Source of the DNA: Squalus acanthias
Taxonomy: Eukaryota
NCBI GenBank assembly: GCA_030390025.1
Contig: CM059425.1
Coordinates: 172,238,001-172,302,000 of the forward strand
Length of the DNA: 64,000 nt
Direction: 5' to 3'
The translations under genes were made by a program, and so were the position numbers. This document shows, in pieces, positions 49,403 to 61,529 of this stretch (the stretch's first letter is position 1; every line of letters begins with the position of its first letter). Under the pieces are notes generated by a model, which did not search any database, was not told where the DNA came from, and saw only the letters and a program-made list of their open reading frames with translations.

Positions 49403-51330
49403 TACATGCTAAACAACAGAAACAGCATGCTACTAAGTGATCCCACAACCAACTGATCAGACTGAAGCTCTGTAGTCCTGCCACATCCAGTCGTGCATGG
49501 TGGTGGGCAGTTAAACATCTAACTGGAGGAGGAGGCTCCATGAACATCCCCATCCTCAGTGATGACGGAGCCCAGCACGTGAATGCAAAAGACAAGGCTG
49601 AAGCGTTCGCAACCATCTTCAGCCGGAAGTGCCAAGTGGATGATCCATCTTGGCCTCCTCCTGAGGTCCCCACCATCACAGAAGCCAGTCTTCAGCCAAG
49701 TTGATTCACTCCACATGATATCAAGCAACGGCTGAGTGCACTGGATACAGAAAAGGTTCTGGGTCCCGACAATGTCCTGGCTGTCGTACTGAAGACTTGT
49801 GCTCCAGTACTAGCCACGCCTCTAGCCAAGCTGTTCCAGTACAGCTACGACACTGGCACCTACCCGACAATGTGGAAAATTGCCCAGGTATGTCCTGTCC
49901 ACAAAAAGCAGGACAAATCCAATCCGGCCAATTACCGTCCCATCAGTCTACTCTCAATCATCAGCAAAGTGATGGAAGGTGTCCTCGACAGTGCTTTCAA
50001 GCGGCACTTATTCACCGATAACCTGCTCACCGATGCTCAGTTAGGGCTCCGCCAGGACCACTCGGCTCCAGACCTCAATACAGCCTTAGACCAAACATGG
50101 ACAGAAGAGCTGAATTCTAGAGGTGAGAGTGACTGCCCTTGACATAAGGCAGCATTTGACTGAATGTGGCATCAAGGAGCCCTAATAAAATTGAAGGCCA
50201 CGGGAATCGGGTGGCTGCGGGTAGGGTACTCTCCACTAGTTGGAGTCATACCTAGCACAAAGGAAGAGGGTTGTGGTTGTTGGAGGCCAATCATCGCAGG
50301 ACATCATTGCACGAGTTCCTCAGGACAGTGTCCTAGGCCCAACCATCTTCAGCTGCTTCATCAATGACCTTCCCTCCATCATAGGGTTAGAAGTGGGGAT
50401 GTTTGCTGATGACTGCACAGTGTTCAGTTCCATTCGCAGCTCCTCAGATAATCAAGCAGTTCATGCATGCATGCAGCAAGACCTGGATGACATTCATGCT
50501 TGGGCTGACAAGTGGCAAATAACATTCATGACACACAAGTGCCAGGCAATAACTCTCTCGAAGAGAGAGTCTAATCACCCCCCGCCCCCTTGACTTTCAA
50601 TGACATTACCATTGCCGAAGCCCCCACCATCAACATCCTGGGGGGTCACCATTGACCAGAAACTTAACTGGACCAGCTACCTAAATACTATGGCAACAAG
50701 ACCAGGTCAGAGGTTGGGTATTCTGCAGCGAGCGAGCGTCTCCCCTCCTGACTCCCCAAAGCCTTTCCACCATCTACAAGGCACAAGTCAGGAGTGTGAT
50801 GGAACACTTTCCACTTGCCTGGATGAGTACAGCTCCAACAGCACTCAAGAAGCTCGACACCATCCAGGACAAAGCAGCCCGCTTGATTAGCACCCGATCC
50901 AGCACCTTAAACATTAATTCCCTCCACCACCGGCACACCGTGGCTGCATTGTGTACCATCTAGGAACATAGGAACCATCTACAAGATGCATTGGAGCAAC
51001 TTGCCAAGGCTTCTTCAACAGCACCTCCCAAATCCGCAACCTCTATCACCTCGAAGAACAAGGGCAGCAGGCGCATGCGAACACCATCACCTCCAAGTTC
51101 TCCTCCAATTTACACACCATCCTGACTTGGAAATATATCGCCGTTCCTTCATTGTCGCTGGGTCAAAGTCCTGGAATTCCCCCCCTAACAGCACTATGGG
51201 AGTACCTTCAGCACACAGACTGCAGCGGTTCAACAAGGCGGCTCACCACCATCTCCTCGAGCAATTAGGGATGGGCAATAAATGCTGGCCTTCAGCGATG
51301 CTCACAACCCATGAACAAATATTTTTAAAA
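49403..51330 (+). mobile_element. CR1/L2-group LINE (family of 14242-15149), RT region, decayed
   Basis: NYRPISLLSIISKVME, VPQDSVLGPTIFSCFINDL and MFADDCT; shared 3' UTR. Confidence 0.92.
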
Positions 51331-52312
51331 AGACACTCTCCCACCCCACCTGGGATTTCCTGGGAGAGACGAAGAACCAGACAAATACCCAAGCCAATTG
51401 GGTGGGGGGGCGGATGGGCTGGAGTTCTGGAAACTAGTTAAGGATTCACTCTCGCCCTGATTAGCATTACCAGGTACCTACCTCTTTTGTGAGGAGATCT
51501 CCACCCCAGCCAGAAACAGGTTCAGCTCTTGCTTGAAGGAATTCAGCGCACAAGCCAACAACCTGCTCCACAGGTCCACTATTCTCTCGGAAAGGAAGAA
51601 CCTTCTAACATCTAACCTAGTTCTACCGTTACCTAACTCTCTAACCTAGTTAGTTGGAAGAATTTTTCTGCACAAACACAATCTAATCCCTTCATCATCT
51701 TATAAACCTCGATCCAAGTACTAAATCAGGACCGAGTTTGTAACAAGACGGCAGAAATTCCAGATTGACACCAAGCAAAAACACAAATGGGGAGATTAGG
51801 AAATACTTTTTGTGCAGATGATTGTTAGGACATAGACTGCTCTGCCAGAAACACTGGTGGATGCAGAACCCCTAACAGCATGTAAAAGGGAAGTTACTAA
51901 ATATTTAACTAAAAAAAATTGAAAAGCTGTGGGGAAAGGCCAGGGGATTGGACTATGTGGATAGCTCTTTCAGAGTGATGCCACAGGCGCAATGGGTCAA
52001 ATGGCAATTTTCTGTTTTGTAAAATTCTGTGAAATCCTACCCTAAACACTATGTGGATTGCTCCTTTGCATAATTGTTGAAATGTCATTCAACTCTAATT
52101 GCATTACCATTGATATGCTGTGAGCATCAGTTTTTTAAAACAAGTGATGCAATTTCCTGATTCTTTCATTTTGTTTTGCAAAAGATAGTTTAAAATTCCA
52201 GTAGTAGATATACCGGTTGGATAGTTAAATTTTCTATGAAGTTTAAAGGGGAATAATATTTTTGCAATGCGAACAGCAAGAACTTGTATTTATATAACAC
52301 CTCTAACATAAT

Positions 52313-53048
52313 GGGCCAGAAATTCGGCTCTTGTCGGGTGAGTACGCGCTGTATACTCACCCGTAAGGCCACCTGAAGTGCCGGTTTCCTGCATGCACTG
52401 CGCATGCGCGGGAAACCAGAACTTCCGTTCCCCTGAAGGGAGGGGTTCAGAAGTCGAACGCGTGCGCGGGAGAGGCTGCGCGCACGCAGCGAACTTCGGG
52501 GTTTTTTTCAGGTTTCTCCGGGAAGGTAAGTATGGAGAAGCTGCACTTTTAAAAAGGAGGCGCAAGGCCTGTTTTTAACAAGGTAAGTGGTTAATTAATT
52601 ACAATTTAAACATTTTTTCAACAGGTTTATCTTTTTTAGATACTTTAAAGAAAGGTAAGTTTATTTTTTCAAAAATTTTAATTTTTGTTTAAAGTAGTTA
52701 CTTTATGTAACTTATAGTTATTTTAAAAATGTGATGTTTTAAAAAAAATTTATTTGAAGTTTAAGTGTGGTTTTGGGACCGATCTCTATTCATAGATTTG
52801 ACAGGTCTTCCTGTCAAATCTATGAATGAAAATGCCCTGCTAGGATTGGCTCTCCATGGCCCACGTGATCCCAGGGGACGCTTCGAACTAACTGCGCCCC
52901 TGGGATACGCAAGCACTGCACACCGGCAGCTGGAGGAGGCCCAGGACCCGAAGTCCTCGTGGGCCCAAAGCACAACTGCAGGCGCGGTCGGCAAGTATGC
53001 GCGCGATGCTTGCACCTGCAGGAAGCCGGAAAGCCGAATTTCTGGCCC
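52313..53048. mobile_element. Harbinger-type MITE, 736 bp, inserted in an L2 tail (52270-53308, - strand)
   Basis: Perfect 17-bp TIR GGGCCAGAAATTCGGCT...AGCCGAATTTCTGGCCC; AT on both flanks; L2 tail continues on either side. Confidence 0.9.
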
Positions 53049-54436
53049 ATTAAAACATCCCAAGGTGCTTCACAGGAGCATTATCAGACAAAATCTGACT
53101 CCGAGCCACATAAGGAAATATTAGGACAGATGACCATTAGCTTGGGCAAAGAGGTAAGTTTTAAGGAGCGTCTTAAAGGAGGAGAGAGAGGTGGAGAGGT
53201 TTAGGGAGGGAATTCCAGAGCTAGGGCCTAGACAGCTGGAGGCCCGGCCGCCAATGGCGGGGCGAAGGAAATCGGGGATGCACAAGAGGCAGAATTGGAG
53301 GAACGCAAAGAAGAACTTTCAGTTGAAATTAAGTTTTCCGTTCCCTGTTATGAATGTTTTGAAAGGAGATCATCTTTGTTGTGCTCCTAAAAAGGACCAC
53401 CTCAAGTCTCCAGGTTGAGGGGGAAAAGCTTTGACTATCCAGTGAATTTATCTCCTGCTGACTAAATCAGGATAACTGCAGATGAGGGAGGCTATTCAGT
53501 CCATCTAGCTCATCCTTCCATAGACAAGTATGGTTTTCCACCTATCACGGTATCTGGCTGCCTCTTGAATGATTGTTTTGCTTGATTGAATTAAACTGAA
53601 CTGGAATTTTTGTCTTTCCCTAATGTAGATGCCAATTCCCGCAACACAACTCAAGTGTTCACTACTTGGGTTTCCTGGTCCTTATTGATTTTTTTTTTGT
53701 CACAGCTCAGGCATCCAGGTCTGTTGCTGAAATCCACTCGCCTTTGTGACAGCATTCATGAATAACACAGACTAACTTGCTTAATACATCATTTAATTAA
53801 TTTATTTCAGCCAGTGGATCTGACATGCAAGTTCCATCAAGCTGCTTTTTCAGGATCAATGTTTCTTTTCAGTAGATTTTATAATGATTTTTGATTTTCG
53901 AGAGTGAGTACTGTAGATTTTAAGTACTTCTCTCCAGAGCATTGTTCCCATTTAATTAACTTAGTAGAGTCGCTCTCGTTTACAGTTGTTAACCGACACT
54001 TCTAGCAGTGCTCATTAAAGTGCTTTACTAATGAAGAGACCTGCAATATTGGAATCATTAATTTAGCAGAATTGAATGATGATTTAAAAATTGATTTTGC
54101 AGAAAGGTATGAAAATTAATCTTTTCATATGATCACTTGTGTTTAAATTGTACTCTTTATACTCCTATCTAGTTTTTGCTAAAATTGCAAATGGTAAAAA
54201 TCTTGCCCTATGTATATTATTGTAGTCAATCTAGTCGATTTTTAGATTTTTTTAATTTATTACAAGACTTTTTATTTTTTTTAATCCAAATGTTCCCTGT
54301 GTTTTAATATCTTGAGACAGAAATTTAATCACTGTGCCATCCAAGTTTTGCAACGGTCCATTTCTTTTGATTTAAGTTTTCAAAGGTGTTCACAACAGGA
54401 AGATCAGGGCATAAAACGGCATAATGTACGGCGTAA

Positions 54437-56340
54437 GTCATAGATAGCATCAAGCTGGCGGAAAATATAAAAACTAACTCCAAAAGCTTTTATAAGTATA
54501 TCAAGAGGAAAAGACTGGTGAAAACCAAAGTTGGTCCATTGCAGTCAGATACGGGGGAATATATAATGGGAAATAAGGAAATGGCAGACCAACTAAATGC
54601 ATACTTTGGGTCAGTCTTTACGAAGGAAGACACAAAAAACCTCCCTGGGATATCGGGAAAAATAGGGACATTGGCAAAGGAGGAACTGACGCAAATCAAT
54701 ATCTCTAAGGATATGGTGTTAAGGAAGCTAAAGGGATTGAAGGCGGACAAATCCCCAGGGCCTGATAACATGCATCCTAGGGTACTGAAGGAGGTGGCCC
54801 TAGAGATAGCGGATGCACTAAGCATGATTTTTCAGAATTCATTAGACTCGGGAACAGTGCCCATGGATTGGAGGGTAGCTAACGTTACCCCACTATTCAA
54901 AAAGGGGGGTAGGGAAAAAGCAGGTAATTACAGACCTGTAAGCCTTACATCAGTTGTGGGCAAAATGCTGGAGTCCATCATTAAGGATGAAATAGCCGAG
55001 CACTTAGCAAATGGGGACAGGATAGGACAGAGTCAACATGGATTTACAAAGGGTAAATCGTGCTTGACTAATCTATTGGAATTTTTTGAGGGAGTAACTG
55101 GTAAAATAGATGGGGGAGAGCCAGTAGATGTGGTGTACCTGGACTTCCAAAAGGCCTTCGATAAGGTCCCACATAAAAGATTAGCATGGAAAATTGAAGC
55201 TCATGGGATAAAGGGGAAAGTATTGACGTGGATAGAGAACTGGCTGTCAGATAGAAAACAGAGAGTTGGAATAAACGGCTCATTTTCTGAATGGCAGGCA
55301 GTAACAAGTGGGGTACCACAGGGATCTGTCCTGGGTCCCCAGCTGTTCACAATTTATATTAATGACCTGGATCAGGGAGTCGAATGCAGCATTTCCAAAT
55401 TTGCAGACGACACTAAACTAGGAGGGGGGGTGGGCTCAGAGGAGGAGACCAGGAAGCTCCAGAGCGATTTGGACAGACTGGGTGATTGGGCGGATAAATG
55501 GCAGATGCACTATAATGTGGACAAGTGCGAAGTTATCCACCTTGGGTGCAGGAACGGGAGGGCAAATTATTATTTAAATGGCAATAAATTGGGAGAGGGG
55601 GAAGTACAGAGAGACCTGGGTGTTCTTGTACACCAGTCACTGAAGGCGAGCATGCAGGTGCAACAGGCGGTCAAGAAGGCAAACGGTATGCTGGCCTTCA
55701 TAGCAAAAGGGTTGGAATACAGGAACAGGGATACCTTGCTGCAGCTGTACAGGGCACTGGTGAGACCACACCTCGAGTACTGTGTACAGTTTTGGTCGCC
55801 TCATCTGAGGAAAGATGTTCTTGCCATGGAGGGGGTGCAGCGGCGATTCACCAGGCTGATACCAGGAATGGCGGGATTGACCTATGAGGAGAGACTATGT
55901 AGTTTAGGGATGTACACACTGGAGTTTAGAAGATTGAGAGGGGACCTCATAGAAGTGTATAAAATTCTGACAGGTCTAGACAGATTAGATGCAGAAGGAA
56001 TGTTTCCCTTGGCGGGTGAGAACAGAACTAGAGGACATAATTTAAGGATAAGGGCTAAACCATTTAGGACAGAAATGAGGGGGAATTTCTTCACTCAGAG
56101 AGTGGTGAACCTGTGGAACTCATTGCCACAGAGGGCAGTGTACGCCAGCTCATTAAATATATTTAAGAGGGAATTAGATATATTTCTACAGGCAAAAGGG
56201 GTTAAGGGTTACGGAGAGAAGGCGGGGACGGGATACTGAATTGAAGGATCAGCCATGATCTCATTAAATGGCGGAGCAGGCTCGAAGGGCCGGATGGCCT
56301 ACTCCTGCTCCTATCTTCTATGTATCTATGTATCTATGTA
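54437..56340 (+). mobile_element. CR1 LINE, 5'-truncated, uninterrupted ORF to 56239 containing a complete RT domain
   Basis: 573-aa ORF with all RT motifs (KSPGPD, NYRPVSLTS, DFQKAFD, GVPQGSVLGP, FADDTK); 3' hairpin and (TATGTATC)n tail. Confidence 0.97.
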
Positions 56341-56395
56341 TTCCAAGAGATTGTGGGCCATTAACTTAGGTAATCAATCTCAGTCTAAAGTCTGT

Positions 56396-57052
56396 GGGGG
56401 AAAAATTCGGTTGCTTTGCGCCTCCTGTTAGAGCCCTAAGAGGGCGGTAACGGGGCGCAAAGCAACTAGCGCCCGGGCGCAGTGCCTCCCGCGAATTTCA
56501 GGGCGAGGTTAGCGGCGGCGGTAACCGCTTGCGCCCCGGCCGCGATCTTCGGTGGCGCCCCCTGACTTACCGCCGGACGTTATGTCCGACGGGGTCAGGA
56601 GGGTCTACTCACAGCCAGGGCGGCGCTAGTTAAAAAGGAGGTGGCGGGCAGCCATTTTTGTTGCTGGCCGCCTGCCAGCACCTGCTCCCGTTGCCGTCTC
56701 CGGCCCCCGTGAAAACCCCTCGTGGGGTGCCGGCTGCTCTCCGTGAGCCCGGCACTCCTCTTGAGTGCCGGGCTCGTTTGCCGGCACTCCCGATCCCTGG
56801 TGGCCCAGCTGGGCACCGGGACGCGCTGCGCCTGGCCCCTCCCTCCCCTTTTAGAAGGGGAGGAAGGCCTGTAGTACCGCGGCACATAGCGCCGCGATAT
56901 TCCCTCGCAGCGCCCCAAGAGGGAGGCAAGCGCCCCGCTTCCCTCTTGGGGCGCTACCATTCAATTTTGGCTGCGGGGGCGCTAATTTTTTCGGGGTGCT
57001 AATCCCCGGCAAAGTTAGCGCCCCAAAGGGGGCGTGACTCAATTTTTCCCCT
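56396..57052. mobile_element. GC-rich MITE related to 24339-25204 (opposite orientation)
   Basis: GGGGGAAAAATT...AATTTTTCCCCT; the first ~80 bp match the reverse complement of 25120-25204; TGT on both flanks. Confidence 0.85.
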
Positions 57053-57714
57053 TGTAAGTCATGATTCCAAATGACACCAAGTGTCTTGAGCAAAGGAAAT
57101 GGCTTTTAGATGGATATAGTTATAAAGTAAAACTCATGAGTTGTACAGTTAATACAATAATTCTGAGACTATTATTTTCATCTCTCAAGGAAGGTTTCTA
57201 TTGTAGAATTCCATGAGATTTCAAGAGACTTTTATAATTTACAGGTAGGTGAGAATCATTATATTCGTAATTCATCTCATTAATTGATTGTGGACCTTAG
57301 GATGTTTTGAACTACAATTTAGTAGATAGCTTCTCAAATTGATTAAGAATGATGAGATTCTTTCTACCAGTCAATCATATTCTACAAAGATTACAATAGT
57401 AAGAATATGCTAACTTTTTGTACAGTTACAGTCAACAGGGATGCTGGCAGTCATCCATTTAAGTGTTTTTATAAATCCATGTAGCAAGGCAACATTGCTG
57501 TGCCCATACTAGCTGAACAGTAGCACAAAAGATTTTCGGGTAGAAATCGGTATGCATTGTGTCTGTTTTTTGGGCGTAAGACAGGCACAAAGGAACGTTG
57601 TTCTTGCAATTATCAATACAAAATTATTGATTTCAGCCGGATCTTCTGGGAAAAGTGCAACAAATTGAAGGACAAGTCAGTTTGTGTCACTCTTGTGTAC
57701 CTGCTTGCAGATCA

Positions 57715-58140
57715 ACATTGGCCTATACTCATTGGAATTTTTAAGAATGAGAGGTGATCTTATTGAAACATATAAGATACTGAGGGGGCTCGACAAGGTA
57801 GATGCAGAGAGGATGTTTCCCCTCGTGGGAAAATCTAGAACTCGGGGGGGCACAGTTTTAGAATAAAGAGTCACCCTTTTAGAACTGAGATGAGGAGGAA
57901 TTTCTTCTCTCAGAGGGTCGTAAATCTGTGGAATTCTCTGCCGTACACTGTGGAGGCTGGGTCATTAAATACATTTAAGGTGGCAATAGACAGATTTTTG
58001 CAAGATAAGGGAGTGAAGGGTTATGGGGAGTGGGCAGGGAAGTGGCTTTGAGCCCAAGATCAGCCATGATCTTATTGAATGGCGGAACAGGCTCAAGGGG
58101 CCATGTGGCCTATTCCTGCTCCTATTTCTTATGTTCTTAT
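57715..58140 (+). mobile_element. CR1 3' fragment
   Basis: GLYSLEFLRMRGDLIETYKIL; ttcttatgttcttat tail. Confidence 0.9.
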
Positions 58141-58317
58141 TAACATTATGCAGCTGTGGGAACAGCTCAGGAAGTGTTGGTTCTCAGTCTAGAAATGGTG
58201 TATGACACAGCAGAGGAACTTAGATGGGTAGGGAAAAATAACTTTAAACGTGAAATATAGTTTGGAAATAGGTATTGATAACCATTGTTGCAAGGAATAG
58301 GACAATCTAGTCCGTAT

Positions 58318-59235
58318 TTTTTTAAATTAGTTTATGGGATGTGGGTGTCGCTGGCAAGGCTAGCATTTATTGCCCATCCCTAATTGTTCTTGAGAAGGTG
58401 GTGGTGAGCCACCGTTGCAGTCTGTGTAGTGAAGGTACTCCCACAGTACTGTTAGGTAGGGAGTTCCAGGATTTTGACCCAGCGACGATGAAGAATTGGC
58501 GATATATTTCCAAGTCATGATGGTGTGTGACTTGGAGGGGAACTTGGAGGTGGTGGTGTTCCCATGCGCCTGCTGCTCTTGTCCTTCTAGGTGGAAGAGG
58601 TCGCGGGTTTGGGAGGTGCTGCCGAAGAAGCCTTGGCGAGTTACTGCAGTGCATCTTGTAGATGGTACACACTGCAGCCACGGTACACCGATGGTGGAGG
58701 GAGTGAATGTTTAGGGTGCTGAATGGGGTGCCAATCAAGCAGGCTGCTTTGTCCTGGATGTTGTCGAGCTTCTTGAGGTATGTTGGAGCTGCACTCATCC
58801 AGGCAAGTGGAGAGTATTCCATCACACTCCTTACTTGTGCCTTGTAGATGGTGGAAAGGCTTTGGGGAGACAGGAGGTGAAACGCTCGCCGCAGAATCCC
58901 TAGCCTCTGACCTGCACTTGTTGCCACAGTATTTATGTGGCTGGTCCAGTTAAGTTTCTGGTCAATGGGGACCCCAGGATGTTGATGGTGGGGGATTCAG
59001 CGATGGTAATGCCGTTGAATGTCAAGGGGAGTTGGTTAGACTCTCGCTTGTTGGAGATAGTCATTGCCTGGCACTTCTGTGACGCGAATGTTACCGGCCA
59101 CTTATCAGCCCAAGCCTGAACGTCGTCCAGGTCTTGTTGCATGCGGGCATGGACTGCTTCATTATCTGAGGAGTTGTGAATGGCACTGAACACTGTGCAG
59201 TCATCAGCGAACATCCCCATTTCTGACCTTATGTT
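58318..59235 (-). mobile_element. CR1/L2-group LINE (family of 14242-15149), 5'-truncated
   Basis: MFADDCT, QQDLDDVQAWADKW and IYKAQVRSVMEYS; highly similar to the reverse complement of 14242-15149. Confidence 0.92.
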
Positions 59236-59744
59236 GACTTCTGTTTTACTGGGGCTCCTTGATGCCACAGTTGGCCAGATTGGCTGTATCTTGTTCATCA
59301 AAACTGAGATTACCTTGGCAATGCATTAGAACTGGAATGAGAAAACTGAAATAAGTTTACTGTCTTTTAGATTAAATATTGATCAAAATGTTTAAGTTTG
59401 CGAAGCTAAAAAATGTGATCTTTTGTCTGTTAGCGTAGATACTGCCCTATTAATCAAAAATGTGCTCAGACATCTCAAATTTATGACAGTAGGGGATAGT
59501 TGGACTGGCTGTGACTTTGGACTTGGACTTCTTTCAAATGGTGTGCACTGAAGATGGGGAAAGGCCGAACAACCAAGAATAATAGCAAGTTTAGGAAGTG
59601 AGTGGAGGGAAGCCAACATAAATACTAAGCTTGCTGTGGGTAAAATACATCTGCCAGCCATTGCATCCAGCTGCTGTCCAGAAAATGGTCTATATTTGCA
59701 CAACCACATAATTTGTGGATAAGCAAGCACTATAAAAACATATT

Positions 59745-59915
59745 TACTGGTGATTTAGCTCATTACTGTTTATGGGACCTTGCTGTGTGCAAATTGGCTG
59801 CCATGTTTGCCTATAAAACAACAGTGACTACAGTTCAAAAGTAATTTATTGGTTGTAAGGCGCTTTTGGGAGTTCAGAGAGTGTAAAAAGCACTATATAA
59901 ATACAAGTTCTTCCT
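59745..59915 (+). mobile_element. Deu-SINE 3' fragment
   Basis: gggaccttgctgtgtgcaaattggctgcc...ctatataaatacaagttctt, as at 28860-29000. Confidence 0.75.
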
Positions 59916-60430
59916 TTGTTCTTTCTAATGATAAACACCTTTTAAATTAACAATGAATTAATTTTTGATCTGAATTAATTGGTACCATATTTAAGTGTTT
60001 ATTTTATAAAATGTTTGTCTATATAAGGATATAGATTATACTGGTCACTTCAGAAATAAGTTGAATAACCGGATTCAGTACACTTCCTAACTTCTAGCTG
60101 GATAGTTAATAACGTGAGTACCATACTGAAGGAATCGCTTTGTCAACCAGGTCAAGGAGTATGACTTATTCCACTATCAAGATATTTGTATCTTTTAATG
60201 CAATCAGATTCAGTGCTCCTTTAGAAAGTGTCTGAAGCTTGTTATTATCTGGACAGATTCAGGTATAATGACGGCAGCAATTAAGAAAAAATATGTTTTA
60301 CAATCTTAATGCAAACAAATTGTTAAAATGAACTGCAGTATATTAATTTGCAGAAGCTACATAAGCAGTTAGCAACAAAGCTGAAAGGGATTTTCTAAAG
60401 CTGTTAGTCTTTATGTAGCATATTGTATTG

Positions 60431-61232
60431 CAGTGTTGTCCACTACATTAGCCAATAGCCACATGTGGATAATTGAGAATCCAGATGTGGCTAATTGCAT
60501 TTTTGATTAGTAAATCAAAAATGAGTAATGGAACACTGCTGCTGGATATGAGACCCCAATACTCATTCACACTGAATATGCCTTTTTGTGTGTTTGTTGG
60601 TAAAATGGTACGACGGAAAGCAGAGTGTGCAGGTGTTCTTTGATCGTTGTGTGTGCTATACTTCCTTGGTTACTCTTTATTGGTTATCTGCTAAAATTGT
60701 GTGTAACATGGTTGAAAATGCTGGACTGCAGCACCATGGAAACACCAGCAGCATTGTGTTGAGAGGGGAGCTGTCATCGTGGTCAGCTTGACCATTCGGA
60801 AGAAGCCAGTAGAAGAAAGAGAGTCCAACCAATAATAGCAGGTCTAACAGTGCACGTCATGGCAAAGGGCAAGCAGCATCCAACCACATTCTGAATGGAA
60901 AACAAGGGCGGGTCCAGCTGTCTCATTGTGTGAGTCAACATTTTCAGCAATCACTCTGGTGAAGTCAAAGTACTGCTGGACAAAAACCTAGATGCTGCAC
61001 TAAGATGTATTGTGTCTGATGATTCATGCCAGAATTCCAAATTTTGGTGCAAGACAAAGACTGCAAAGTTTTGCACTGAATGGTGATGTATGTTTATTAA
61101 GAAAACATACATGTGAAATACACATATCTATTGTGTGTAAGACGTTTTCTACTAAAATTACTGCATGTGGCTAAAATGGTGTCACCGTAGCCACGCCTGT
61201 GACTAGCCAGCGATTTCTAATGGAAAAAAATG
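60431..61232. mobile_element. Old non-autonomous hAT (Charlie-like) element, 802 bp
   Basis: Imperfect TIR CAGTGTTGTCCACTA...TAATGGAAAAAAATG; 8-bp TSD TTGTATTG / TTGCATTG; repeated subterminal tagccac/gtggcta motifs. Confidence 0.78.
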
Positions 61233-61529
61233 TTGCATTGGAGTATTTGTTTATCACTATTATACCAGTTGCATTTATCAGTAATACCAAGTTGATATTC
61301 TAAGTGTGCATGTCCCTGTATCGTGAACGTCTCTTAATCTTATAGTTTACACAGTTGTTAAATTAATATCTGAGGGACGTAAGTACAAAGCTCAAGAAAT
61401 AAGTATGTTCACAAAACTAAAATGCAGTAATTTGCAAGTAACCCTGTGCAGTACTTTCTAACAACAATTGCTAGGCTTAGAATATAACTGACCACCAACT
61501 GACTTATTGAAGAAACCAATCACATTTAT

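Noticed and set aside
56396..57052. CpG-island promoter with GC-rich ORFs
   Set aside because: Bounded by TIRs and homologous to 24339-25204, so it is a MITE.
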